IMG/VR virus record: IMGVR_UViG_3300037482_000011
Span: 1 to 30,132 of that record
DNA: 30,132 nucleotides
Reading direction: 5' to 3' (one strand)
Source: a virus
Taxonomy: Duplodnaviria > Caudoviricetes
The position numbers and the translations under genes are program-made. The first letter of the stretch is position 1. The number at the start of each line of letters is the position of its first letter. Shown here piece by piece: positions 1 to 8,231 of the stretch. The notes beneath the pieces were generated by a model. That model had not been told where the DNA came from. It searched no databases and saw only the letters and a program-made list of their open reading frames with translations.

Positions 1-69
1 ACAGACCAAAAAGAAACCACAAATAAGCCTGTTCGTGGCGAAGGCAAAGCCACAAAGGAAGAAGCCTAA
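1..69 (+). CDS. 3' end of an upstream gene, truncated at the window edge (possibly portal or another head protein)
   Basis: Frame 1 is open from base 1 (TDQKETTNKPVRGEGKATKEEA*). Its TAA at 67-69 overlaps the next ATG (TAATG coupling). The identity is a guess from position only. Confidence 0.55.
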   Translation, partial: TDQKETTNKPVRGEGKATKEEA

Positions 70-356
70 TGTTGCTGGAAACCGCACGCGCCGAATTCAA
101 AACCGGCCAAACCACGATCGGTACGACTGCCGCTCGGTTGATTGCGGCTGGGCATAAAGCCTACTCCTATGTCTATATCGAAGCGGACATAGACAATACG
201 AACGACATCTTTGTCGGGCATGACGGTGGCGTCTCCAGCCAAAATGGTTGGCGGCTTGAGGCCGGTCAAAGCATCACGATTCCCATCGACGATCCAAACA
301 AGATTTGGATCGTTGGTGGGGCAGCAAGTCAAGTCCTGAAATGGCTTTTTGCCTAA
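69..356 (+). CDS. Small putative virion protein, paralogue A (95 aa)
   Basis: The ORF is coupled to the upstream stop. It shares G..(I/V)GT, NT..(I/V).VG, G..L..G....IP.DDP.K.W.V and a C-terminal W with the next ORF. Confidence 0.75.
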   Translation: MLLETARAEFKTGQTTIGTTAARLIAAGHKAYSYVYIEADIDNTNDIFVGHDGGVSSQNGWRLEAGQSITIPIDDPNKIWIVGGAASQVLKWLFA

Positions 357-371
357 CATGAAGAGGGTCTC

Positions 372-692
372 GTGGAAATCACCAAAGAAACTCTTGAATC
401 ATTTGGTCACGGACACGCCGTTGTTGGTACAAGTCCTTCCAAACTCGTCCCTTATTCTGTAGCTGCGCTAAAGGGTGTTTTGCTGCGATGTCCTGGTGAA
501 GCTGATCCAAACGGTAACACTGACCCAGTTTGGGTCGGTAATGGCCCGAATGTTACCGCAAACAGTAATGTTCAAAACGGCGGTATGCCTCTTTTACCTG
601 GGTCGGCGATGTTTATTCCGTTAGATGACCCAAGCAAGTTGTGGGTCGTTTCAACAGCCGTAGACCAAGATATTGCCTGGATGATTGTATGA
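372..692 (+). CDS. Small putative virion protein, paralogue B (106 aa)
   Basis: GTG start after GAGGG. Clear paralogue of 69..356 (IPLDDPSKLWVV vs IPIDDPNKIWIV). Its stop overlaps the next ATG (ATGA). Confidence 0.75.
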   Translation: MEITKETLESFGHGHAVVGTSPSKLVPYSVAALKGVLLRCPGEADPNGNTDPVWVGNGPNVTANSNVQNGGMPLLPGSAMFIPLDDPSKLWVVSTAVDQDIAWMIV

Positions 693-3100
693 GTGGTTTC
701 TTCATTCAAAGCGGCAGCGGTCCACAAGGCCCGCAAGGGCCTGCCGGAGACCCCGGCACTGGCGTGATGCAGTGGCAAGGCGCGTGGGATAGCGGCACAG
801 AATATGTTGAAAACGACGCTGTCGAGTTGAATGGAACCTCGTACATCTGTGTTGCTACAAACACTAACCAATCGCCACCCAACCTGACTTACTGGAACGT
901 GCTGGCAGCGAAAGGTGTAACGGGAGCTACTGGGGCAACGGGAGCTACTGGGGCAACGGGAGCTACTGGGGCACAAGGACCGCAAGGTATCCAAGGTGTT
1001 CAAGGTAATAGCTTTACTTGGCGAGGAGCTTGGAGCGGAATCACAGCTTATGCTCTCCGCGATGTTGTTTCCCTAAGTGGCACGTCGTACATCTGTATTC
1101 AGGCACATACCAATCAGTCGCCGCCCAACGCGAGCTACTGGAACGTAATGGCCCAGAAAGGAGACACAGGTGCTACTGGTGCTACAGGCGCTCAAGGGGC
1201 AGCCGGTAATAACGGCTCGGACGGAAGCGATGGGGACGACGGGTTAGATATCACGTGGCTCGGTGCATGGAGTGCAGTGCCGACGTATCAAGTAAATGAT
1301 GCTGTGTCCCTTGATGGTGCGTCATACATCTGCACAGCGACAAACCAAAACCAAACACCACCGAACGCTAGTTTCTGGGATTTGTTGGCGGACAAGGGTG
1401 ACACCGGTGAAAACGGTCTCCCTGGCTTGAACTGGCTTGGTGCTTGGAGTGGTGCAGTTGAGTATGATCCAAATGATGCCGTGGAAAATGATGGGGCGTC
1501 GTATATCTGCATTCTGCAACACACCAATCAGGAACCTCCCAACGGTACTTACTGGGACTTGTTCGCTGATAAGGGTGCGACGGGAGCCACTGGTGCGACC
1601 GGAGCTACGGGTCCGCAAGGTGATCCAGGTGACACAGGTCCGCAAGGCGATCCAGGTGATACTGGACCACAAGGTGATGCTGGACCACAAGGTGATCCGG
1701 GACCGAGTTATTTAGGTACATCGACGACGCCAATTACGTTTGGAACCGGCGAGAGGGTGTTCACGACTCAGGCTGGGTTAGCATACGTCCCAGGCATCGT
1801 TGTCCGAATCTTTTCGGACTCAAACTTGGACTACATGGAAGCGACTGTCACGTCTTACAGCGGGACTACGCTGACCGTAGATGTCTACATCGAAACTGGG
1901 AGCGGCGAACACACGGATTGGACGATCAGTCTGCATGGTGCGTCTGGTGATGTTGGGCCTACTGGTGCTCAAGGTGATCCCGGTACTGATGGCGCAGGCT
2001 ACGCCGCAACTTCGGCTACGAGTGTTACGTTTGGTGTCGGAACAAAGACTTTCACGACTCAGGCTGGGTTAGCGTACTCAGCAGGCGCTCGCGTCCGAAT
2101 CTCGTCGGCGGCCAGTCTTGACTACATGGAAGGCGTTGTTTCCTCCTACACCGGAACAACTTTGGAAGTCGCTGTCGAATTGGAAACTGGAACGGGGTCA
2201 CATACTGATTGGCTTATTAACTTAGCCGGCGATCCGGGAACCAACGGGTTTCCTGGGAACGACGGCACAAACGGGTCTGATGGGTTAGCTGTTCCTGGCG
2301 GACGGCTCACAACTACATCCAACACGCCGGTCACGACTTCGGATTCTACAGACTCCACGACATTGTACTACACACCGTGGTTACACGACCAAATACCGTT
2401 GTACTCTGGAAGCGTGTGGAACCTCCGCACATTTGCTGAGACAGCTATTACGATCCCGTCCACGACAAACACGTTGTATGACGTATTCTGCTACGACGAC
2501 GCAGGCACACCTGCGTTCGAGACAGAAGCGTGGACGAATGATACAACACGGGCGACAGCACTGGTGCGCCAGAACGGTCGTCTTGTGAAGTCGGGCGATG
2601 CAACTCGCCTGTACATTGGAACTATTTCGACAAGTGGAACAACCACCCGCGTGACGGACGCAAACTTCCAGCGAAATATCTTCAACATGTATAACCGAGT
2701 GACGCGCGTACTTAGACGTCAAGATTCCACAAGTAGTTGGACGTATACAAGCTCAGCGTGGCAGGTAGCCAATGCAAATGCCTCCAATAAAGTGGAAGCA
2801 GTGATAGGGGTCCCCGGCCCTGCTGTTGAACTTCATGCTTACATGAATGGGCACACCACTGAGACAGCCGACATCGGCTACGTTGGAATTGGCAAGAACA
2901 CGGTGGGTAACTCAGGCATTGCTGGTGGCTTCTCACTCACGAATGATTCCCAAGCGATTGCTCGCTTGTTGGACCTACCGGCCGTTGGTCGACAGACCTA
3001 TAACTGGGTTGAGCGAATGGCACACAATGGGTCGGGCACGTTGACTGTTATAAACACGTCTAATGAGTTGTGTGGTCTCTTTGGCTCCGTGGAGTTGTAG
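689..3100 (+). CDS. Collagen-like fibre protein with four Trp-rich CBM5/12-like modules (head or tail fibre)
   Basis: Start re-called at ATG 689 (ATGA overlap; [17 protein letters not shown]). Gly-X-Y runs alternate with four W.GAW....Y...D.V...G.SYIC......Q.PPN..(Y/F)W...A.KG modules, then two FTTQAGLAY...HTDW modules and a C-terminal globular domain. Confidence 0.85.
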   Translation: MSGFFIQSGSGPQGPQGPAGDPGTGVMQWQGAWDSGTEYVENDAVELNGTSYICVATNTNQSPPNLTYWNVLAAKGVTGATGATGATGATGATGAQGPQGIQGVQGNSFTWRGAWSGITAYALRDVVSLSGTSYICIQAHTNQSPPNASYWNVMAQKGDTGATGATGAQGAAGNNGSDGSDGDDGLDITWLGAWSAVPTYQVNDAVSLDGASYICTATNQNQTPPNASFWDLLADKGDTGENGLPGLNWLGAWSGAVEYDPNDAVENDGASYICILQHTNQEPPNGTYWDLFADKGATGATGATGATGPQGDPGDTGPQGDPGDTGPQGDAGPQGDPGPSYLGTSTTPITFGTGERVFTTQAGLAYVPGIVVRIFSDSNLDYMEATVTSYSGTTLTVDVYIETGSGEHTDWTISLHGASGDVGPTGAQGDPGTDGAGYAATSATSVTFGVGTKTFTTQAGLAYSAGARVRISSAASLDYMEGVVSSYTGTTLEVAVELETGTGSHTDWLINLAGDPGTNGFPGNDGTNGSDGLAVPGGRLTTTSNTPVTTSDSTDSTTLYYTPWLHDQIPLYSGSVWNLRTFAETAITIPSTTNTLYDVFCYDDAGTPAFETEAWTNDTTRATALVRQNGRLVKSGDATRLYIGTISTSGTTTRVTDANFQRNIFNMYNRVTRVLRRQDSTSSWTYTSSAWQVANANASNKVEAVIGVPGPAVELHAYMNGHTTETADIGYVGIGKNTVGNSGIAGGFSLTNDSQAIARLLDLPAVGRQTYNWVERMAHNGSGTLTVINTSNELCGLFGSVEL
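920..973 (+). repeat. 18-bp tandem repeat x3 (ACGGGAGCTACTGGGGCA) encoding collagen GAT triplets
   Basis: Three exact copies read directly from the sequence. Confidence 0.9.
1610..1702 (+). repeat. Imperfect 27-bp tandem repeat encoding GPQGDPGDT collagen units
   Basis: ggtccgcaaggtgatccaggtgacaca / ggtccgcaaggcgatccaggtgatact / ggaccacaaggtgat... Confidence 0.8.
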
Positions 3101-3102
3101 CA

Positions 3103-3618
3103 ATGGATTACTCCTATTACGGAACCCTAGACGAGGCCGACGAGTACTTCACGAATCGACTGCATGAGTATTCGTGGTTCAAAGCGGCACCAGCAAAGCG
3201 TCCAAAGGCATTGATTGCAGCACGTCGAATTATCGACACACTTAATTTCAAAGGTCGGAAAAGTACCGTTTACGCTTTACTACAAGCCGACGAAAACGCA
3301 ACCGACGAAGAAATACGAATTCAAGAGGCTGCGCAACCTCTTGAGTTTCCAAGGGGAAACGACGAAGAGGTTCCCGACGCCATTAAGATGGCCCAGTTCG
3401 AGATAGCTCACTCGCTTCTCGACGGGAAAGACCCAGAGATGGAGTTGGAAAACCTAGGAATTATTTCCCAAGGGGTCGAGTCTGTGCGTACAACGTACAA
3501 CCGATCTCAAGTTCCAATAGAGCATATCGTGAACGGTGTTCCGAATGCTCTCGCATGGCGGTTTATTCGTCCTTTTCTTAGGGATGAAGATGCCATCAAA
3601 CTCGCTCGCATTAGCTGA
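3103..3618 (+). CDS. DnaT-like head-tail adaptor/connector protein
   Basis: Start re-called at ATG 3103 (GGAG upstream). Motifs Y.TLDEADEYF, KALIAA.R.ID, FKGRK, QPLEFPR and VP.AIK.AQ.EIA are typical of phage DnaT-like adaptor proteins. Confidence 0.75.
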   Translation: MDYSYYGTLDEADEYFTNRLHEYSWFKAAPAKRPKALIAARRIIDTLNFKGRKSTVYALLQADENATDEEIRIQEAAQPLEFPRGNDEEVPDAIKMAQFEIAHSLLDGKDPEMELENLGIISQGVESVRTTYNRSQVPIEHIVNGVPNALAWRFIRPFLRDEDAIKLARIS

Positions 3619-3719
3619 GTGAGAATCTCTTAATTACCGGCTTGAGATACCGGGCTTGTTGGCGTAAGAACCCAGGCTGCGCCAATTGTTTTGTTCTGGG
3701 GATTATGAGGACTAGGAGT

Positions 3720-4529
3720 ATGACCGTGCTTGAAATGTATCGTGCGTTCCCTTTTGTTGTCTGCTTTGATGGCGATGGCGATGGCGACGGTTCCGGCGAC
3801 GGTTCCGGCGAAGGGGAAGGCGAAGGTGAAGGTAGCGGTAATGGTGCTGAGACGAGAACGTTCACACAGGATGAACTCAACAAGATTCTTGCCGAAGAGA
3901 AACGTAAGCAACGCGCTCAATCTGAAAAGATTGAGAAGCAGTTGAAAGACACTCTCGCTTCGGCAAAGCTTTCTCAGGATGAGCGAGCGAAGCTTGATGA
4001 CATGTTGGAGGACGTTCGCAAGCAGATGCGTAGTAAGGAAGAGCAAGCCAAATTCGAGAAGAAGAAACTCGAAGAAGAGCACTCGACACGCATCAGCGAT
4101 TTGGAAGCCCGCCTGGGGCTTGCTGAAACTCGGTACAAGGACACGATCATTGATCGCGCTCTTATGGATGCTGCTGTAACAGGAGATGCGTTCAATCCGG
4201 CACAGGTGGTAACTCTCTTGAAGCCTCACGTGAAGATTGTTGATGACAAACCGATGATCGACTTCCCCGATTTTTCTGAGGATGAGAAGCGAGAGCCAAT
4301 CACCACTCAGCGAACAGCGGAAGATGCCATCAAGCGAATGAAGCAATTGCCTGATATTTGGGGCAATCTCTTCAAGAGTAACGTGGTTGCGGGAGTCGGC
4401 GGGTCGTCCGTTACCGGTGACGTACCATCGGGGCCAAACGGGCGTTACGACTTGCGGAAGTTGGATGGCAAGAAGTATCTGGAACTTCGCAATAAAGACC
4501 CGAAAGCTCTTGGGCTTGGCGATAAGTAA
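3720..4529 (+). CDS. Capsid scaffolding protein
   Basis: Lies directly upstream of the MCP. Acidic Gly-rich N-terminal linker, FTQDELNKILAEEKRK motif, long coiled coil and a typical scaffold C-terminus. Start is ATG 3720, or ATG 3735. Confidence 0.8.
   Translation: MTVLEMYRAFPFVVCFDGDGDGDGSGDGSGEGEGEGEGSGNGAETRTFTQDELNKILAEEKRKQRAQSEKIEKQLKDTLASAKLSQDERAKLDDMLEDVRKQMRSKEEQAKFEKKKLEEEHSTRISDLEARLGLAETRYKDTIIDRALMDAAVTGDAFNPAQVVTLLKPHVKIVDDKPMIDFPDFSEDEKREPITTQRTAEDAIKRMKQLPDIWGNLFKSNVVAGVGGSSVTGDVPSGPNGRYDLRKLDGKKYLELRNKDPKALGLGDK
3768..3833 (+). repeat. Low-complexity 6/12-bp repeats encoding the DGDGDGDGSGDGSGEGEGEGEG linker
   Basis: gatggc x3, gacggttccggc x2, gaagg(g/c/t) x4. Confidence 0.8.
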
Positions 4530-4592
4530 GCCCATTCACATCGTGTGCGCCGTGTTGGCTGCACATAAAAGTTAATCTCAAAGAACAGAGGA

Positions 4593-5999
4593 ATGCAAAT
4601 GCATTTGTACGTGTCCCCGGTGTTCGTCGTGTGTTACGACAATGACGCGATGATCCCGGAAATCTGGGCCGCTGAGAGCGTGGCGATTCTCCAAGAGAAT
4701 ATGGTCATGCCCCGCTTGGTCCACACCGACTTCAAAGATGAAGTCGCGAACTTCGGCGACGTCGTGAATACCCGACGTCCGGCCGAACACCGTGGCCGTC
4801 GAAAGGTTGACGGTGATACCGTTACCACGTCGGCGACGAACGCTACGCTGATCCGCGTCCCGCTGGATCAGCACGTGTACGACTCCTTCATCATCTATGA
4901 CGGTGAAGGTAACAAGTCGTTCCAGGATTTGATCGCGATGCATCTCCGTCCGGCCGTTCAAGGCTTGGCTCGGACGATTGATCGCGGTCTGTTGGGTCAG
5001 GCTCACCGTTGGTTCCGTACCACGCCAAAGCGAGCCGGCCGACTGGGTTCCATGTCCAGCAGCAACTCGAAGGATTTCATGCTGGAAGCGGGCGAAATCT
5101 TCAACACCAATCGCGCCCCGATTGACGGTCGCAACCTCGTGTTGTCGCCGGCCAGCCAGACTGCGTTGCTCAAGACGGAATTGTTCCTGAAGGCCAATGA
5201 GCGCGGAGACGGTGGGGATGCTCTTCGTCGGGCCATGCTCGGCGACATCCTCGGCTTTTCGACCTTTATGAGCCAAACGGTTCCCGGTATCTCGGCGATC
5301 AACGCTGATACGGTCGCCGGTACTGTCACCAACGCTTTGGCGGCTGGTGGTAGTGGCTCTCAAGTCGTGGACATTCAAGACTACGAAATGAATGTCGGTG
5401 AGTTCTTCACGGTTGCTGGCAACGACCAGCCTGTTTTGGCTACCGCTGTCACGGCGTCGACGGACACGACAGCCGTCACGGCCAATGAAGCCAACAAGTA
5501 CGCAACGCTGGCTGCGGCCGTTATCACAGCCTACAAGGCGTGTGCTGTCGTTGGTGCCTACTCGGCCGGTTACTCGAAGGACGTCACTGTCGACGGGTAC
5601 ACGACTGACAAGCCTCCGCAAGTCGGCCAGTTGATTGCTTTCGGTACGGGTGGCACTCGTCACGTGTACACGATCATTGAGGCAGAAGCTGGCGATCCCG
5701 GTGAAACGAAGCTCCTCCTCGATCGCCCCCTGGAATTCGCTCTGACGAATGACCAGTTGGCGTTCCCTGGTCCGGTCGGCTCGTTCAATTTGGCCTTCCA
5801 CCGGAATGCTCTCGCCTTCGTCCATCGCCCGATGGCCGTTCCGGCTGGTGCTAACGGTGGTGTCGTGACCCAGAACAACATCTCGATGCGTGTCACGATG
5901 GATTATGACAGCACGCTGATGGGTACCCGCGTCAACGTTGACCTCCTGTGTGGTTACGCCCCGCTGGACCTGGACCTCGGTGTCCTCCTGCTCGGCTAA
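4593..5999 (+). CDS. Major capsid protein, P22 coat (gp5)-like HK97 fold with a large insertion
   Basis: IPEIWAAES..IL.ENMV, FGDVVN.RRP, G.ILGF.TFMSQ.VP, NLAFHRNALAF..RPM and D.LCG...LD motifs of P22-like coat proteins. Follows the scaffold gene, has strong codon bias and is followed by a terminator. Confidence 0.88.
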   Translation: MQMHLYVSPVFVVCYDNDAMIPEIWAAESVAILQENMVMPRLVHTDFKDEVANFGDVVNTRRPAEHRGRRKVDGDTVTTSATNATLIRVPLDQHVYDSFIIYDGEGNKSFQDLIAMHLRPAVQGLARTIDRGLLGQAHRWFRTTPKRAGRLGSMSSSNSKDFMLEAGEIFNTNRAPIDGRNLVLSPASQTALLKTELFLKANERGDGGDALRRAMLGDILGFSTFMSQTVPGISAINADTVAGTVTNALAAGGSGSQVVDIQDYEMNVGEFFTVAGNDQPVLATAVTASTDTTAVTANEANKYATLAAAVITAYKACAVVGAYSAGYSKDVTVDGYTTDKPPQVGQLIAFGTGGTRHVYTIIEAEAGDPGETKLLLDRPLEFALTNDQLAFPGPVGSFNLAFHRNALAFVHRPMAVPAGANGGVVTQNNISMRVTMDYDSTLMGTRVNVDLLCGYAPLDLDLGVLLLG

Positions 6000-6021
6000 C
6001 GCTCAGCGTTTTGGATTTTCT

Positions 6022-6057
6022 CACCCTGCCGGGATTTCCCCGGCAGGGTGTCTTCTT
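6022..6057 (+). terminator. Intrinsic terminator after the MCP
   Basis: Perfect 12-bp stem CACCCTGCCGGG/CCCGGCAGGGTG, 5-nt loop, then TCTTCTT. Confidence 0.8.
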
Positions 6058-6077
6058 ACTTGCATGGAGGTACACAG

Positions 6078-6332
6078 GTGGAGTTACTGGATTTTCTTAA
6101 AGAGTTCGGCCCGTTGGCTGGTGCCGTTCTCTTTTTTATATGGCGAGATTTTCGACGGGAAGATCGTCTGGCTACTCGAATCGAAAAGCTTGAAGACGAG
6201 CAACGCGAAGTCATTCTCCCACTCGTCGAACGGACAACGAATGTGATCGTTCAGAATACCGCCGTGATGTCGCGGCTAGAAACGACACTCGAACACATGA
6301 GGGTGTCCACCAATGAGACGAGACAACAGTAA
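6078..6332 (+). CDS. Holin-like small membrane protein (N-terminal TM helix plus coiled coil, BhlA/UviB-like layout)
   Basis: GTG 6078 with GGAGG RBS. Hydrophobic FGPLAGAVLFFIW followed by RREDRL and a heptad-rich tail. Confidence 0.55.
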   Translation: MELLDFLKEFGPLAGAVLFFIWRDFRREDRLATRIEKLEDEQREVILPLVERTTNVIVQNTAVMSRLETTLEHMRVSTNETRQQ

Positions 6333-6816
6333 TCTCATTTTCAGAATCAGGGCCGCCCTGTATAGTCTCACGCGCGAATATGGTGGCGGTCCTCTTTCTA
6401 TTTACACCAACCTCGGAACAACTACAGATTTACAGTCTGGAGTAAAAACCGTAAACAAGTCTGTAACCGAACTCGATCTCGTTATTATTCTTCCCGCGAA
6501 GATAAACCGAGACCTGATTCAAACGATTTCGCAGATTTCTGCAAACAAGGCATTCGTCTACGGCGGTTCATATGACAGTCGTTCTCGAATCTTCATTGTC
6601 GACCGCAAGCATTTAACACTCGACACATTGACGCTCAATGACTGGTTAGTCTACGACGGACACAAATACGAAATCAAGCGTATCGAGGAATTCTCCTACG
6701 ATACAGCATGGGTCATACTTGCTCGGCAAGTAATAGATGACACCCCAGAACAAATCTTTCCGCTTGCTGTGGACCACCGCCTGTCACTTGACTCGTCAAG
6801 CGAAAACAACGAGTGA
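6313..6816 (+). CDS. Putative head closure (head-tail joining) protein
   Basis: Position after the MCP. D.LVYDGHKYEIKRI motif resembles head-closure beta-barrel proteins. Confidence 0.6.
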   Translation: MRRDNSNLIFRIRAALYSLTREYGGGPLSIYTNLGTTTDLQSGVKTVNKSVTELDLVIILPAKINRDLIQTISQISANKAFVYGGSYDSRSRIFIVDRKHLTLDTLTLNDWLVYDGHKYEIKRIEEFSYDTAWVILARQVIDDTPEQIFPLAVDHRLSLDSSSENNE

Positions 6817-6824
6817 GGACGCCG

Positions 6825-7319
6825 ATGGCAAACCCAAACTGGACACGTTGGATTCACTCGTCCATCGCAGTCTACTTGAAGTCCGTGGCAACTAGCCTGT
6901 CGTTACCGACGCTCATAGAGGGGATTGACGACAGATCAGAAGCGTTCATGTCCGCCCCTAACCGGCTGGAAGTTCGAGTCAATGGACCATTTACACAAGA
7001 AATAAGCCACGGCTATCATCGTGTCTATGTTGATGTAAATGTCGTGCTGAAATGCCACTTAGGCGGTGAGCTTGTGAATGCATTCACCTTCGACCAGCTT
7101 TTAGGCGAATTACATGAAGCTATGGATGGCCCGATCCCGGTTCTCGCCTTTTCATTAGTCCCGGCCGAAAACGACGACCCTGAACACGTTGCGTGTTTGG
7201 TTCCACGGTCCGGAAAGAATGACGCGATTCGAGTAATACACTTCGGACAGATAGATCGCACAGACCGAATCCGCGAGGGAATGGTCGACGCGCGGTATAC
7301 AGCTTACATCGCAAGCTAA
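6825..7319 (+). CDS. Putative tail terminator/tail completion protein
   Basis: About 164 aa, directly before the tail-tube genes. ATG 6825 preceded by GAGGA. Confidence 0.55.
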   Translation: MANPNWTRWIHSSIAVYLKSVATSLSLPTLIEGIDDRSEAFMSAPNRLEVRVNGPFTQEISHGYHRVYVDVNVVLKCHLGGELVNAFTFDQLLGELHEAMDGPIPVLAFSLVPAENDDPEHVACLVPRSGKNDAIRVIHFGQIDRTDRIREGMVDARYTAYIAS

Positions 7320-7457
7320 ATACATTCTTTGTCGCCTAGGTGACTAGCCCTGCATCGGCTGAGTAGATGCATACCGCTAAGCATTCTGCTTTAGCTTCTA
7401 GCTACATTTCTGCTTGCGGCTAATGGCCTGCATAGCTCCACAACAATAGGTGTACAC

Positions 7458-8180
7458 GTGGCCCGAATCGAACTGCGCGACGCAGACATCCTGATCCGAG
7501 ATGGACTGGCTGGCACTGCGGCCGTGAATGAAATGAGTCTCATGGCTGGTGCCGTGGACTTTGATATTGATACTGTCGTGTTGAACACGACTAACGCTGA
7601 TCTTGTGCCGATTGGCGCTCGTTTCACTGTGGCAGGCGAAACAGGCACTCCGATCCACATCGTTACTGGTCGCACGGGTGATCCGACAACAAACATTGTT
7701 TTCACGCCTGGACTAGCTAGCTCTGTGAGCGAGGATGCCGTAATTACCTTCTCGCCACAACAAATCACGGTCAAGGTCGGCGACGGAAACCTCACCTACA
7801 CCGAGAACAAGAACTACGACTACCTCCTGGATCGAGGAAATCTTGACACCGTTCGGGAAGGCGACGAAGCGCCGCTCGAAATCAGCTTGGAGTTCGTCTA
7901 CGAGTTCGTGAAAACCGGAACCGGTGAAGCGATAACGCCCGTTGATGCTTTGAAGGGTATTGGTGGGGCGGCTGAATGGGTTAGTTCCTCGGACGATCTG
8001 TGTGAGGCGTTTTGCGTCGACATTGTGATCGACCGAGATGCACCATGTAACACCGCTGAGGACGAGATCACGGTGTTTTCGGAGTTTCGCTACGACTCTC
8101 TCGAATTCGACCTAAGTGCTGCGACAATTGCGGTAAACGGTCGCTGCAACGTGACCGAACCCGAAATTACTCGCGAGTAA
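7458..8180 (+). CDS. Major tail tube protein, copy 1 (240 aa)
   Basis: Lies between the tail terminator and the chaperone/TMP genes. Acidic and beta-rich. The C-terminal about 139 aa are nearly identical to the next gene. Confidence 0.75.
   Translation: MARIELRDADILIRDGLAGTAAVNEMSLMAGAVDFDIDTVVLNTTNADLVPIGARFTVAGETGTPIHIVTGRTGDPTTNIVFTPGLASSVSEDAVITFSPQQITVKVGDGNLTYTENKNYDYLLDRGNLDTVREGDEAPLEISLEFVYEFVKTGTGEAITPVDALKGIGGAAEWVSSSDDLCEAFCVDIVIDRDAPCNTAEDEITVFSEFRYDSLEFDLSAATIAVNGRCNVTEPEITRE
7761..7969 (+). repeat. 209-bp perfect direct repeat, copy 1 (copy 2 at 8826-9034)
   Basis: Compared by eye from CAAATCACGGTCAAGG to GGTATTGGTGGGGC: identical, offset 1065 bp. Confidence 0.9.
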
Positions 8181-8231
8181 CGTCTTAGTTACTGGCCCAT
8201 CTAACACGCAAGCACAGGAACAGAATACAAA

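Noticed and set aside
641-688. ORF-track start of the fibre gene at 641, and likewise starts at 3070, 3642, 6048, 15413, 22405, 27327 and 29111
   Set aside because: These longest-ORF starts overlap neighbouring genes, terminators or the promoter-like element. Downstream starts with an RBS or TAATG/ATGA coupling fit better.
920-1702. Short periodic repeats as a CRISPR array
   Set aside because: They are in-frame collagen Gly-X-Y coding repeats with no unique spacers, and no cas genes are present.
2474-2500. YDVFCYDD in the fibre as a third copy of the FVVC[FY]D leader motif
   Set aside because: It is internal to a globular domain rather than N-terminal and only a partial match, so it is probably coincidental.
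4578-5825. 415-aa minus-strand ORF, and the 301-aa ORF at 3630-4535
   Set aside because: Antisense shadows of the codon-biased MCP and scaffold genes, with no recognisable motifs.
7351-7400. Hammerhead ribozyme or tRNA in the intergenic region
   Set aside because: CTGAGTA deviates from CUGANGA, there is no GAAA partner, and no T-loop or cloverleaf is present.
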